Notes: generated by a model from the letters alone, not told the origin. 53,607 bases of DNA, filler included, from Sphacelaria rigidula (GCA_964200075.2; 5 parts of 5 records of this genome joined end to end with filler, not necessarily neighbours in it), one strand, 5' to 3'. Positions 35,104-47,922 are shown, counted from the whole stretch's first letter. A program made the numbers and translations.

Positions 35104-35577
35104 GACACCTTCTACGATAGCCCCCTCCCCAAAAGTGCATGGTTTTGGGAGGCAAAATCTCCACGTAAATCGAAATGGGAAAAGCCGAGCACAACGAGTC
35201 GCTGGGAATTCCCAGGCTTGGGTTCGTTCTAGCTAATGTCGCCAACATGAGGCGCCTCATGCACAGCCTGAACCCAAACATTAGGCGTTGTATGACCATT
35301 TATTCGTGACACTTTTTGGCTGTTATTTGTTTTGGGGGGGGCGTACTCATTTGTTGCTTGCCTCAGTCGTTTGACCATTGACCACGCATCCCTTTCGAGA
35401 TGGAGCACCGTTCTCACTCCTAATAAAGACACCTTCAACATTCCGGCGCTCACTACATTTCTTCCATACATTACACAAAAGCATTTTGCACACATTATCC
35501 CCGTCCTGTTTCGCCGCCTCTGGCCACCATCTACCTCCCACTAGTTTTTTTTTGGAGGGGCTATCGTAGAAAATGTC
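35104..35577. mobile_element. MITE family B carrying a nested family D insertion
   Basis: TIRs gacaccttctacgatagcccc / ggggctatcgtagaaaatgtc, flanks CGTC/CGCC. Body is the reverse complement of 10122-10371. Confidence 0.85.
35342..35541 (+). repeat. Family D copy (~200 bp) nested in the MITE B G-tract
   Basis: cgtactcatttgttgcttgcctcagtcgtttgaccattgaccacgcatccctttcgagatgg..., flanked by gttttgggggggg and gtttttttttggagggg. Confidence 0.78.
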
Positions 35578-36482
35578 CGCCGTAACTCTTCTCTCACGGG
35601 TTTCATCCCGGTGTTAATATAGACTTCGTCTCCTGCATATCCGCTACAGTAGGGCCTACATTGGCGACTGGGCAAAGCGGGGTGCCCAGGTAGCTGTATT
35701 GATTTTTGCTTTGCTTCGATACTTGTTCATGTTTCTTGCGGTAGCCACGAGGGTGGACCTGCACCTTGACTTCACTCTAGCGAGTGGGGCTGCGGACGCA
35801 AACACGTCAGGTGCTGCTAGGGCCGCGACTTGTATCAGCGGGTAAATCTGGGTGATTTGATGGGAAATAATTGGGGAAAAAAAAAAACTCCCATCTGTTT
35901 TTTTCGAGGCAAACTAGAGACTTCTTCCTCACAGTTTCCCTCAAGACACATGCGGATTCATTACAGCCCAGGAACCGCCTAGGCAGTCCTACACCACGTT
36001 TGGCGGCAAACGCGGATTTCTCAAAGTCAGTACAAGCCAAAATACGGCCTTCTCTCACAGCCCCGACAACGCCTACAGGCTAGACTCAGGCCTCGTCTTT
36101 TCATCTTTTGGATAACAACTCAGTACGGCCGCCATGTGGTGGAGAATAAGCTAGTGCCATGCGTAGCATCTCTCACCCTCCTCGGGCCAATTTTGCCACT
36201 TTATAGTGCGAGCTTGGGCAGCCGTGAAACGTGCAACCCCCGGGCAAACAATTTTTTTTCTCAATTTCCCGAATCAGTCCAAAGAAAACCCATCGCTGTG
36301 AACTGTGGACCAACCTGATAATGCACGGCTTCGCCGCCGTTCGACGGGCGCAGTTTTGGCGATGACGTTTTTGTACTGCATTGAGTACCGCGTGCATCTT
36401 ACTTCGTAGCGTCATGACGTGCTTTGAGTCTCCTTTCTTTGGTAAATGCGGCGAAATTTCGTTGGAAAGTTACACCGTACCG

Positions 36483-36750
36483 GAGTCATGCTACGATGGC
36501 GCGCGGGGGGGGTGTTGTGGGCCATTTCTTCCACGAGATTCCACTTCAAAATGTCGTTGATAGCAGCAACGGTTGTTCACACGCGCTTGGTACCGAAAAA
36601 TAATGCTTATTCATACTGTGTAAAATCGTTTTTACCCAGATACAAGCGCACCCCGCGTGTGTTACTGCAGGCCGTTTGACACACCTACGAGCCCTTTTTT
36701 TCGTGCAATCAAGCTCCCCCCCCTTCCACCCCCCTATCGTAGCATGACTC
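36483..36750. mobile_element. MITE family A, complete
   Basis: GAGTCATGCTACGAT...ATCGTAGCATGACTC, flanks ACCG/TCCG. Confidence 0.87.
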
Positions 36751-37147
36751 TCCGGACATATGACAACTTTGATACGCACAGTCAAGAGTGCACTGGTAAT
36801 GCTGCGAGATGGCATCAAGCTCGTAAGTAGGCCCATCAAGGAAGAGGATCTCCGAGACGATTGTCACATACAACGAGCACAGGCACAAGTATCCGACTAG
36901 GACTGGGTTGCGACGCGTCTTCTCGACCCGATCCCCGAAGGTGATTGTTTTTCATAGTTGGAGAAAATAAGTCCTGGTGATGATTTTTTCTACGCAACTG
37001 GGCCTCCATGAAAGCTGGAAAGTGCTCCAGACAAGCCTTTCACACGTCGGACAACTGATCTCATATAATTCATTTTCGTACAACCCGTCTGTTGATATAT
37101 AGTGTACAACTCAGCGGTATCTATTTCCACTGTAGAGCTATGTTGTA

Positions 37148-37186
37148 TAACTCAGCTGGTGGTACCATTTCCCACCAGCTGAGTTA
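37148..37186. repeat. Perfect 15-bp inverted repeat, 9-nt loop
   Basis: taactcagctggtgg / ccaccagctgagtta. Confidence 0.8.
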
Positions 37187-37444
37187 CATGCTATAACCCA
37201 GCCGTACCTTTCTCCACTGGATGGGTCATATCACAGAACTGCGTTAACTAATGAGTAGTTGTTCGACGTGTCAAGCTTTTAAAGAAAAGACCAACCCACA
37301 CTGGAGCGGGAAAAATATCAATTTCGCGCATTTTTTTTGGCAGAAACTCCTGAGAAAGTGCCTTAATCGCATTTTTCAACTGAAACAAGAATGTTCTGCA
37401 CAAAAAAATTCCCCAACGACAGAAACTAGATTCTGCCAAAAAAA

Positions 37445-37517
37445 GTGGTGTCGAGATTTGAACTCGTGACCTCCGTAACTGAAGTCTCTAGTATCAGTTA
37501 GACCACGGTGGCACAGC
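37445..37517 (-). repeat. tRNA-derived (SINE-head-like) sequence
   Basis: Minus strand gccaccgtggtctaactg...ggaggtcacgagttcaaatctcg carries A-box- and B-box-like motifs. Related copy at 39265-39335. No clean cloverleaf. Confidence 0.45.
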
Positions 37518-38991
37518 GTTGTTACACAAGGAGTTGCGCGCGCATCCAAGTATGAGGAGTTTCAAGCCGAACTTCTGAAAGGGATCTTCTACGCGCAAGA
37601 TAAAAATTCGTGACCCGAAGCAACCCCGTTTGTGTTTTTTCATGGAGTTATGCCAACATCCGTTCACTTTTCGTTTCGATGGAATTTCGAATCTCTCTAA
37701 CTTTCTGTTTTCAGAAATGTTTCGTGCGTGAATGATACAAATCTCGTGCCAAAGTTTCAATGCCTAACTCCTCAAACTAAGCTGCGCATTTCCTGTCGAC
37801 TGCCATTAAGATCTCTCGGCTGGCCCAGCTCGTGATTCGGTCGGTTTGCCTCCTGATGCCTAAGGTAACCTGCCTCGACGCCCCTTGAGCGCAGACTAAT
37901 CTTTCGGGTGAGAGATCACCTACATCACACTTCGCCATTCTCATCGCAAGTTATACCCGGAGAGAGACTGCTGCACATTATTCTACTACGCCAGCTCCGG
38001 CCACCGTGCGGTACAATCATGGGCGTGAATGGGGGCCCTAGCGACCAAAAAACGTGGGCAAATAATAATAAAAACAAGCGGAGGGATAATGAAGACGTCA
38101 TAGACTGGTCAGACCTGTACCGGATCTGTACCGAACCTCTGCCGAACAGAACACACGCTCCATCCCAAATTACCTGGGTTTAGTATGCGACAGCTGTAAT
38201 TTTTTTTATCGCCTCGTTCTCGAGACAGCAAGCAAACCGGCTTATGGAGCTTCGCAGCCTCCTGCACACACACTAGACCAAGACAGTCATCGGGCAGAGT
38301 TGCTCAATTCGCCATAGTGGACCCGAAAAGCCCCCAAAACGTTGAAGGGAGCGCGTTTTTGAGTATATTTTCGGTTTGGTGCAGCGGTTTGCAGAGTGCT
38401 GCGGCCTCTGTGGCACATGTCCTGGAAATCCGCTCCACGAGTGACTAGTTCTGGTGTGTGGGAACGGTTCGCATCAGACCACAGTCCGATCCTTCGCTTC
38501 GTTGCCGAGGTCTAAGCGTTGCGCATATGGCACAACATACTGCAACAAGAGGGCCACAACAACACGGCCAGCAATGTCTATCCTCCTGTTGTTGTGACTC
38601 TATGTACAGGTGTACAGCAACGTCAGTCACAGGTTTGTTGTAGAACATAGTATAAAATTGTATATTTCATATGAGCGAGGTCGTTATTTGGAGGTGACGC
38701 GCGTATTAGTGATTCAAATAATAGGCTCGATTACGAGCCATTTTTTCTGCAGTGACGAGTCGGTGTCCATTTTCCCGCTATATATAGTACCCAAAATCGG
38801 GCCCCATTCACACCCATAACTGTGCTGCGCTACTGTACGAGCTGGGCCAGCTGACAGTGATTCTTGAGTGTTTTCGGATCAGGCGGTGCTGAATTCGAGG
38901 AGTTTGGTGCTGGATTTTTGAGACGACATTTTGATCATCAATACGAGCAACATTTCTCGGGATGCCAAGAAAAACACAAGCAGAAAGTTAA

Positions 38992-39089
38992 CCCTTTGAC
39001 GGCGAGAGTAGGTCACCCGCTGGATCGGCATTAATTTCACTTGAAAAAGTATGTGATCCATGTGGACTACCCGCACCGCGGTCTAAGGG
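38992..39089. mobile_element. ~100-bp piggyBac-like MITE
   Basis: TTAA|CCCTTTGACGGCG ... CGCGGTCTAAGGG|TGAA. Related copy at 40600-40712. Confidence 0.6.
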
Positions 39090-39264
39090 TGAAGACGATT
39101 TGAGGTTTCAGCAAAAAACTGGAAAAATGTTGAATCTCGGTGGAATTAAAGGAAGAACGGCGGTATCCTAAGAAGTGTTGTACGTACTTGCGTGCACGAG
39201 ATCCGCGTATAATTCCAGCCAAAAATTCATAAAACTGGGTCCAGCCTGGCACCTTGTGTGTGGC

Positions 39265-39335
39265 ACCGCTGTGCTCTTGTATTCCACGTGATAGAGGAGA
39301 CTCCAGTTATGGAGGTCACGAGTTCGAATTCCGAC
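39265..39335 (+). repeat. tRNA-derived (SINE-head-like) sequence, second copy
   Basis: gagactccagttatggaggtcacgagttcgaattccgaca matches 37445-37517 in inverted orientation. Confidence 0.45.
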
Positions 39336-39759
39336 AGATCCTCTTTATTTTTGTTCTGTCGTTAAGCTTAGGTCTTATGCAGCACATTTTTTTATTTCTT
39401 GTAGCGGCAAAGTGTGCATGGCCGGGTTGGGCTGCAGTTTACAGTTATATGCTTACATCGGGCTGATTCGGGAACTTGAAAAATTGTCGCGTGATGTGTG
39501 TTTGTACCTTTCATGGCTAGACCAGCTCGTAGTATTGCTGCCTGTCGAAAGCCGAGAGCGTATTGTCAGGTGGTGGCGGGATATACTGGAAAGTGGGCGG
39601 ACCAATCAGGTCGCTTCACTCTAGGGATTGCCAGGAGATTAGTCTAAACCTAGCGTTTGTGCGGTCTAATCTCATGCCCAGTGACGCCCGCACTCACACG
39701 TTCCAACACCGTGGAGTGGAGGTCGGGTTGTCCGTCTAAAGCAACGTACCAAAACATTA

Positions 39760-40430
39760 GAAATTTGCCAATGAGTACCGACGTATAGCGGTTGTAAATG
39801 TAGTCCGTGAAATTCATCGTATCGAAATCTGCACAAAAAAAATAGGAGAACACTGCCAATTCGCCGACGAGCACGAGCGCAGAGTAAAACGTGATAGACG
39901 ATGAACACGATCGTATAGCGGCTGTATACGTCGGGTCGTCCGTGAAACGCAATGTATCAAAATCTGCACGATAAAAGAGGTAAACCTTACCAAATTGCCA
40001 ATGAGCGTAAGCGGGGAGTAAAAAAATAAAATGGCGACGAGGAAAATTCTTCAAATTAACCGGTAACCACGAACGGCATTCTATGTCGAGTTCTATGTTG
40101 ATTCGTCGGTTGACGTCAACTTACCGAAGTATTACACTTACAAATCCGTTGAATATAGCGAACGTACAGCGTGGCAGTGCAACTCGGGTGAAAACATTAC
40201 AGATTCGCCGATGAGCACGAACGGGGAGGAAATAGTAATTGGCGATGAGCACAAGCGGGGAGTATTATTTTTTTGTCAATGTCATTTAAAATTCGGCGAC
40301 AACCACGAACGGCGTTCTATGTCGAATCTTCCGCGGATTCGCCGATTATCGCGAACGTACAGCGGCAGTGCACGTCGGGTGAAATACTTACACATTCGCC
40401 GATGAGCACCATCGTGTCGGGTAAAGAATT
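39760..40430 (+). repeat. Degenerate compound tandem repeat
   Basis: Recurring attcgccgatgagcac, cgta(c/t)agcgg, aaatctgcac and aaccacgaacggc(a/g)ttctatgtcga modules. Confidence 0.6.
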
Positions 40431-40599
40431 CGCCGTTTCGCGAGCTGTGGGTGTGTACAGATGGCGAGAAAAACACCCGTGGGATGGTGATAGAGGCGCA
40501 ACGCGATGAGGTATGACGGATTATGGCAACGAATCTCGATTTTGTGGAGACCCCGATTTTGGGAATATATTTGCAAACACAAAATCGGGGGGATAATTT

Positions 40600-40712
40600 C
40601 CCTTGACCGCGAGGGTAGGTCACCTGCCGAACCGGCATCAATTTTCACTTGAAAGATTTATGCATGATCCAGATGGACTACCCGCACCGCCGTCGAAGGG
40701 TTTGTCAAAGGG
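40600..40712. mobile_element. piggyBac-like MITE, second copy
   Basis: Direct match to 38992-39089; ends GTCAAAGGG|TTAA. Confidence 0.6.
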
Positions 40713-41219
40713 TTAACGGTCTCACATACTTGGATTTGCGAAACAGTTGTGTACACAGACAGACGTTTTCTGCGGGAGTGTGGTATCGCGTACGCGTGAA
40801 GCCGAAGAGCAGGCAGGCGGTGAATAATCTTTCGAGTACAGTGTTGTACCGTAGTACCCTAGGGTAATACAGTGCAGGATACTCCATCATTACCGTACAT
40901 GATAATGCCGTGTTGTAATACATGATGGCACAGTCGGTATTGCGAGAACAGTGAACAAACAGTGTGCGAGAAGAGTTCAGTAGTGTAGTGCCATACATCA
41001 CCCTGCAAGTACCGCAACAAAAGAATACGATAGTGTAGTACCGTTCGTCATGGTGATACATATATGGTAGCGCAGTGAAGCACAAAATATTGACATCACC
41101 GCAAGGTACGGCGTCAACAGTTATCACTGTATAATGAATTAATTGATAGATTGTCGAACTTTGACTGATCTCCCAGGGATCCATCCAACCGTCGTCACAT
41201 GATAGACGTACCCGAGATA

Positions 41220-41480
41220 GAACAAGACTAAAACACTCGCTGAAGAAAACAGTAAGAGACATGATAGAAATAAGGGGAAAAGGAGCGCTCAGACGCAAGG
41301 TAGACGAGGAAGAACACCTGAAGATATACGGGTGTTTGAGAGAGGGGATCGAGATGAAAGCATATCTGCATGACCCCATGGACGCGGCGAAAAAATTGAA
41401 ACTGTGATTTCGGGTGGGAGATCTGGACCTGGCAGAAAGAAGAGATATACCAGTAGTCGTGTGGAGGAGGAAGTAAAAAA
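41220..41480 (-). repeat. Internal fragment of family D
   Basis: Reverse complement aligns to ~52730-52990 (actggtatatctctt...; ttca(a/g)gtg(c/t)tc(c/t)tcctcgtc). Confidence 0.55.
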
Positions 41481-41950
41481 CAAACGAAAAGAAAAGGTAG
41501 AACAGAACATTATGGACTAAGACGTAAAAAAAAAAAAAAGCAAAGAAAAGCAAAGGAACACATGGCCAGTCTCTGCCAGATGACTCCGGCGGAGAAGGTC
41601 TTGCGCAGAGCCACACTCTTACCCAGTCGTAGAAAACAAAACAAAAGGCCAAAGAACACACACATATATATAGAGAGAGAAAAACGGGGGAAAGGGAGAA
41701 CAGAGAAGGACACCACAGAAGTGGTCAAGCCCAAAGATTATGATCATGCGCTTCTAAACCCCTTGCGAAGCTTCTCCAGCAGCTGGCGCGGGCAGGTACG
41801 CCCTGCGCTGTCACGAGACTGTTTCCTGCTGCCGTTGCAAAAATATCAAACGCCTCTTAATCTACCGTAGTACGTCGATGTACGTACGCCATCTCAAAAT
41901 CAGGGGGACCTCAGCTTTAGTCGTTCTGGAATCTTAACACCCCGATTTTT

Positions 41951-42290
41951 CCAGGGGTATACACGTTACACGTGCGACAAGTTTGACGTTACGTTCACCG
42001 AAACGTAGCGTGAACGTCCAACACATTTTACATTTGTTTATAACATCACGTAACCGTTAATTTTTCAAATGAAACGTTAACGTAACGTGATTTTGTTTTA
42101 ACGTGCCAAACGAAACGTAACGTTAACGATAAATTGTCCAAACGTTCAAAACACGTGATATGAGACATTTGATGGAATGTGTAACGTCTATTGGACGTCA
42201 ACACGTGTATTAGACGTTACACGTGCTATTAGACGTTACACGTTATATGCGACGTTACATATTACGCTCAACGTTACATGAAACGCCATA
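41951..42290. repeat. ACGT/AACGT-dense motif array
   Basis: Dozens of acgtt, aacgt and acgttaca motifs in both orientations. Resembles TE subterminal repeats. Confidence 0.6.
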
Positions 42291-42471
42291 AGCACGCCAC
42301 ATGAAGTGGTGCACACTTCAAGTTTGGAATGGAATTTTAAATCCTAGAAGATTGTGGTTCAATAAACACGAGTGGGTTTGAATGACCATGGTGCAGGACA
42401 TACTACGTCAGAAAGTTCGCGCGCTCCGCGCCACAGCACACATTACAAGTTATTGTTGCAGCACAGCATCG

Positions 42472-42672
42472 TAACATCACAATCATCTTGACCACATTCA
42501 TGTCAATAGAAGAAACTGTCCGGAGACTGCGGCACCCCCCAGTTGTGGACCCGCCGATTCCACCCCCTGGATACATCTCTTGTACTTTTTGCACGTGAAC
42601 GTGACGTGAACGGGTAAATTACATCCGGTCTCTTCTATTGATATGAATGTGGTCAAGATGATAATGATGTTA
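42472..42672. repeat. 47-bp inverted repeat pair (possible TA-flanked MITE)
   Basis: taacatcacaatcatcttgaccacattcatgtcaatagaagaaactg (42472-42518) vs the reverse complement of 42626-42672. Confidence 0.75.
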
Positions 42673-42802
42673 ACCCTTTTGGGACTGAAGCTCACTGACA
42701 CCACGTTCACGACGTGTTGGTAAAATGATAATAAACAAGTCTGGGATCGACCTGTCCAATCAGGGCGAGGCGAAATTTATCGACCACATCAAAACGACCA
42801 GT

Positions 42803-42866
42803 GGGGGGCGTTCTCATGTGTTGCTTGCCTTAGTCGCTTGACCATCGACCACGCATCCCTTTCGAG
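42803..42866 (+). repeat. Family D terminus, cut by the contig end
   Basis: ggggggcgttctcatgtgttgcttgccttagtcgcttgaccatcgaccacgcatccctttcgag. Confidence 0.75.
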
Positions 42867-42966
42867 NNNNNNNNNNNNNNNNNNNNNNNNNNNNNNNNNN
42901 NNNNNNNNNNTTAATTAATTAANNNNNNNNNNNNNNNNNNNNNNNNNNNNNNNNNNNNNNNNNNNN
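42867..42966. other. Artificial contig-joining linker
   Basis: N44-TTAATTAATTAA-N44. Confidence 0.97.
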
Positions 42967-42993
42967 CCCCCCCCCGCTATCGTAGGATGACTC
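42967..42993. mobile_element. MITE family A TIR, cut by the contig start, inserted in an LTR
   Basis: ccccccccc-gctatcgtaggatgactc. The paralogous 3' LTR position (~46439) lacks it. Confidence 0.75.
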
Positions 42994-45900
42994 TAATCAC
43001 AAGAAGGACCACCATCTTTTCATCTGCTCTACGCGACGTCTCATCTTCCTGGCTGGCAAGCCGTTCTCAAGAAGTGAGTAACGTGTATCATAATCCCTTG
43101 GTGTCAATTGGTGTTTTCTTTCATCGAAAGAGCTCGGTGCTTACTTTCAATAACAGCTGTGCAGCTGTTGACGGTGTCGTGTGCGAGAGAAACCTACGGT
43201 TTGGGTGTAACAAGTCAACCCAGGACCGCGGGCAGTCACCTCACAAGGGTGTGGCTTGCTTGCGTTCGGCGTATACGGTTTTTCTGCGTGCGGTATTTGC
43301 CAATACCGCCACATCGTGGGGCTTCAGAGGTAGCTTGTTATCCCAAGCTGTACGGTTTCTCTTTAGTCGGCTGCTGTGCACGCACCCGCGGAACACAAGC
43401 TCACGTCTGTTTTTTTTCTATCCTTTGTACTTTCAGTCCTTGTTTTCACTTGATATTTGTGTACACGATTATCGTTGTAACACACGCGGATAATTAGACA
43501 GCTTCGTGGGCAGCTGTTTTCTCTTTTACTGAGAGTTTGGCAGACATCCCGACTCGAGTTAGCTTCAAGGTCTTCGACGTGTCATACAGTATCCACGTTG
43601 GTTTCAGGCAGTGGCGACCGAACCATGAGGCGCTTCAGGTATGAACGCAAGCCCTCTCTTCCTGCACAAGCATGTTCCCCCCAACCTGCAGGTCATATCG
43701 ACGGAACAAGCCAACCCACAGTGGCGGATGCGTCCTCTGGTAACGTTATACACTGCACAGACTTCTCTTTTCGCCTCGTGCTTTGTATTCAATTTTCGTG
43801 TTCTATGGGTACTTTTCTTGGGTACTTCTGGGTTCATCTGGCGAAGTACAAGTGACGACCGTTCCATTCCTGACCCCGAGTCTGGAACCTTGAACCTCCG
43901 TCCTCCGCGCCGTCCATTCACAACCATTCCGTCCACCGGAACAGTTGCCACGAGTTATGTATGTCTTCATTTTTTCGCTGAACGCATATCTTGTCTTGCT
44001 TTGTTATTGCATGGTCTTTATTTTCTTTTGCTTGTTTTGATGGAAGCGTTAACGGAGCAAGCGCTAGCCATACCTGACGCCCACGTCTGGAATACTTGCG
44101 CTCTTGTTCAATCGCTCCGCACGCGAATGCTGCCTCCCCCTTCAGGATCGGTAATGAAGTGCCTTTTTTGTGTCATATGTTGTCGGTGTATTTTTTTTTT
44201 TGTCTTTTCGGTTGAGAGTTTCAGGAGCGAGCGCTGCGTATACCTGACCTCCCCGTCTGGAACAATTGCGCTCTTGCCCAGCCGCTGCGTACACGTATAC
44301 CGCTTCTCCCCGCGGGATCGGCAATGACGTGTCCCCTTTTTGTGTGCGTACCAGGTTGAGTTTTATATTGACATGGGTTTGTCTGAAATGTGTTGACCTT
44401 CGCTGAAACTTTTGACCCGACTTACTTCATACACACGATAACTGCTCCCGTTTACAAGGACGGTTGCCACGTGTTGTTTTTCTGCCTCATGTTGCGGATT
44501 TTCGTTTTCGCTGTTGCCCAGCGTGTCCCTGGTTTTGTATTTATTTTGGTTTTAGTTTCTGCGTCTATGTCGGGAATTTCGCCACGAGTATTCCAACGTT
44601 CCTGACCCTCGAGTCTAGAACACTTGACCTACATTTGTTTGCGAGTCCTGCCGCATGTGACCGACCTCGTTTATAGGAGGGTCACGGGTAATGCGACGCG
44701 ATGATCTATACTTTGGTGATTGATAAGTTACAACGAGGCCACCACTGACCGCGTCGTATATAGCGGTGTTGAAGAATTGTTACCGAAGTCGCGGTAAGAT
44801 CGGTTGCAAACGTCTCTTCATAGAGGACCATCAGGTATTATGATGAGGTAGATCGCTCTTTCGGAACTGTCCGTTCCGCCATGTCGATACTCGACCATTG
44901 GTACAGCCTACAGGCTCAGAGTCCGCCACTCGCTATTATTTTTCTGTCACTTTTATCAGTTGTTGCGAACAATTACCCGCCCCTGAAATTGGTCAGTGGT
45001 GTTTTGTTTTCATCAGGGATTATCGGACGAAGTAACGTGACGGTACGATCGGCTGTGGGTTTTACTCCAGTTTGTGTTCGGGCCAGTCTCGTTTTAGTCC
45101 GAACGGGCAAATACTATGAGGAGTGGGCTGCGTTGGTCCTCTTTATCCTGTGTATTTGTCGTGGTTCAGAAATGTGTCAGGTGATTCGCTTCGGAACTAC
45201 GTAGTAGGCCCGAAGGTTGTGTATTGCCCACTACGTTTTTTTTCACGTGTACGGACACCTGACCTCACAAACCGGTCAGTTGTTTTCGTATCGTCTTGTG
45301 AGAAAAAATAATGCTGTACGACTGGATCATCAACCAGGCGTCCCAAGCAAGTCGTTGTTCTCACAAACATGTACCGACAATTAATTCACGTCAAACGGGT
45401 TGATTTGTCCGTGTCGTTCTACTTTCATTTTATTTTTTATCAACGTATGGTTTTCGCGGGAAAGTACCATTTCCGCGACGCACTCGGCTGTATGTTGTTA
45501 GCTTTTGCTGATTGACTGGGGCGAGTGATTAGCATGAACTTGGTTATCGAAGTGATATAATGCCTTGGCGGGCTTGCTTGTTTTTCTACCAATGATCCAA
45601 AACAAATCGGACATTCGGAAAAGAGCGTACTTTTTATTCATTATATAGTTATGGCAGGGTAGGATAATCTTTTCAATGATTGGTCTCTGATTTCCTGTAC
45701 CTATCACGGAAATGCTTACGACATTCTGGAGACACTACATTTTATGGTATATGGTTTAATTGTCGATTTTGAGTCTTATTTTTTCATTTTTTTACTTTTT
45801 ATTTCCCATGACCCCGTCTCAAGAACGGAACATGAAGACAACTAAATCATTGTATCGGTTCGATTTTTTTCATTCTCTTTGCTTCGCTTTGTGCTTGTGT

Positions 45901-46759
45901 TTGTATTTTCTTGTTTTTTTTTGTGTTGATCACCCCTTCCCGTTCCCCGTACCAAAGAGGACTCGATCTTCAAATGGAGTCTCAATTTTTCTGTGGTGTG
46001 GGAGAGGTGTGACTCGATGCAAGTTCGTCCCTTCTGAAAAGGGCTGCACTTGAACGATCGAGGATGGGCCAATGTGATGGTACATGACTCAGTGCCTGCA
46101 TTTAAACTAATTCCTTGTGGATATGCAGATGGTCCCTACAAACGACCAGCGGGTATGGAAAGATTCTAGCCGAATGTGTGTTTGTATGAGGCAGGATATG
46201 GATCCTTTTATTGTTGACACAGCGGCTTGAAGGTAGATACAGGATTGTACCCGATTAGCCGCGTGTACCTGCTGCTACTACAGCTTTGATTGGCTTGAGG
46301 TACAATGCGCCACGCTGAGTGGTATTTATATGACAAGATTGTATGCGTAGCTAGGAGCTTTTGAAGGTAATCGTGTGCCGCATCGCCTACGATGCTCACT
46401 TGCGTCTTACCTGCCTGAGAAGGGCTTACCGTAGAACTAATCACGAGAAGGACCACCATCTTTCCATCTGCTCTACGCGGCGTCCCATCTTCCTGGCTGT
46501 CAAGCCGTTCTCAAGAAGTGAGTAACGTGTATCATATTCCCTTGGTGTCAATTGGTGTTTCCTTTTATCGAAAGATCTCGGTGCTTACTTTCAATAACAG
46601 CTGTACAGCTGTTGAAGAGTGCCGTGTGCGAGAGAAATCTACGGTTTGAGTGTAACAAGTCAATGCAGGACCGCTGGGCAGACACCTCACAAGGGTGTGG
46701 CTTGCTTGCGTTCGGCGTATACGGTTTTACTGCGTGCGGTATTTGCCAATACCGCCACA
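42994..46759 (+). mobile_element. Degenerate Gypsy LTR element (partial 5' LTR 42994-43313; 3' LTR ~46008-46759)
   Basis: ~320-bp direct repeat ending ...ACCGCCACA in both copies. PBS-like tcgtggggct after the first. gggagagg|TGTG before the second. Integrase-like NVTVRSAVGFTP (~45030-45070) and chromodomain-like HYIV(W)QG.D..FNDW (~45640-45685). Confidence 0.65.
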
Positions 46760-47001
46760 GAAAAGTGTTTGACAAAAGCACAGCAAACGGATATGCTCGA
46801 GAGAATGGTGAAAAATGGCATCGGGAACTTTGCGGCTGCTACAGCACGGGGAAAAAAAAACAAGAAGAGACGACGATGATTTGCGCGCAAATCGGTAATG
46901 ATAGCAATAGTGGCATCGGAAACTTCGCCGGTAATAATTGCGTGCTATGATAGCACAGACGTTCAGTTCTGTACACTGGGAGAGTTCGCGAATCGTGCTC
47001 A

Positions 47002-47765
47002 CCGTCATCTAAAAGCAAGTGAAAAAAGTACACCTGTTTCAGAGCTTCTGGCAACGATTCTGACAGAAAACGTACAAAACGGCGGAGCGATTGAAAGGCC
47101 TGTAGGGGTCTAGCGCCACGCCGCGGGAAAAAAGGCGGATTACACCATGCACAACACTGCCGGGGAAGCGATGCTTCCGAGTCCTCCTGAAGGGGAATCA
47201 TGTCATAATGCTGCCTTGAAATGTAATGCTGCTTTGTCAGAGCTGGAGAGAACGAAACGATCCTGTTTCGTGCTGTACTCTCAAACCAAGTAAGAGCTTC
47301 TGGGAACGATGGAATGATCCCTTTTCGCCGTCATGTAAAAGCAAGTGACAAAAGTGCACCTGTCTCAGGGCTTCTGGCAACGATTCTGACAGAGAACGTA
47401 CAAAACGGCGGAGCGATTGAAAGACCTGTAGGGATCTACCGCCACGCCGCGGAAAAAAAGGCGGAATACACCATGCACAACACTGCCGGGGAAGCGATGC
47501 TTCCGAGTCCTCCTGAAGGGGAATCATGTAATGCTGCCTTGTCAGAGCTCGAGAGAACGAGTTGAACCCGTTTCGCTGTACTCTCAAATCAAGTAAGAGC
47601 AAATACTCGCCTCTCTGAGCTTCTGGGGACGACGGAATGACCTCGTTTTTCCGTACTCTAAATCAAGTAAGAGTAAATACTGGCCTCTCAGAGCTCCTGG
47701 AAACGACGGAATGACTCCGTTTCGCCGTACACTAAAATTAAGTGGAAAAAGTGCACCTGCGTCCA
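47002..47765 (+). repeat. 326-bp tandem duplication plus ~68-bp sub-repeats
   Basis: ccgtcat...aaaagcaagtga at 47002 and 47328, near identical. Shorter cagagct...tactct(c)aaatcaagtaagag modules follow. Confidence 0.85.
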
Positions 47766-47922
47766 AGGCTCTTCAACGGCGAAAAATATGAAACGAATAT
47801 TTGTTATATATGCAACAACGAACCATTGAGGCATCAATCACTCATACTCTGTTTCGGACCAATCGATGCATCAATCGACCTTTCAGTCACATCCATCACA
47901 TCGATCACTCAGCATGACTCAC

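Noticed and set aside
37445..37517. Functional tRNA gene
   Set aside because: Acceptor and D stems do not pair convincingly; treated as a tRNA-derived repeat.
40705..41661. 318-aa minus-strand ORF
   Set aside because: F/L/S-rich translation of low-complexity and family D repeat sequence, with no domain features.
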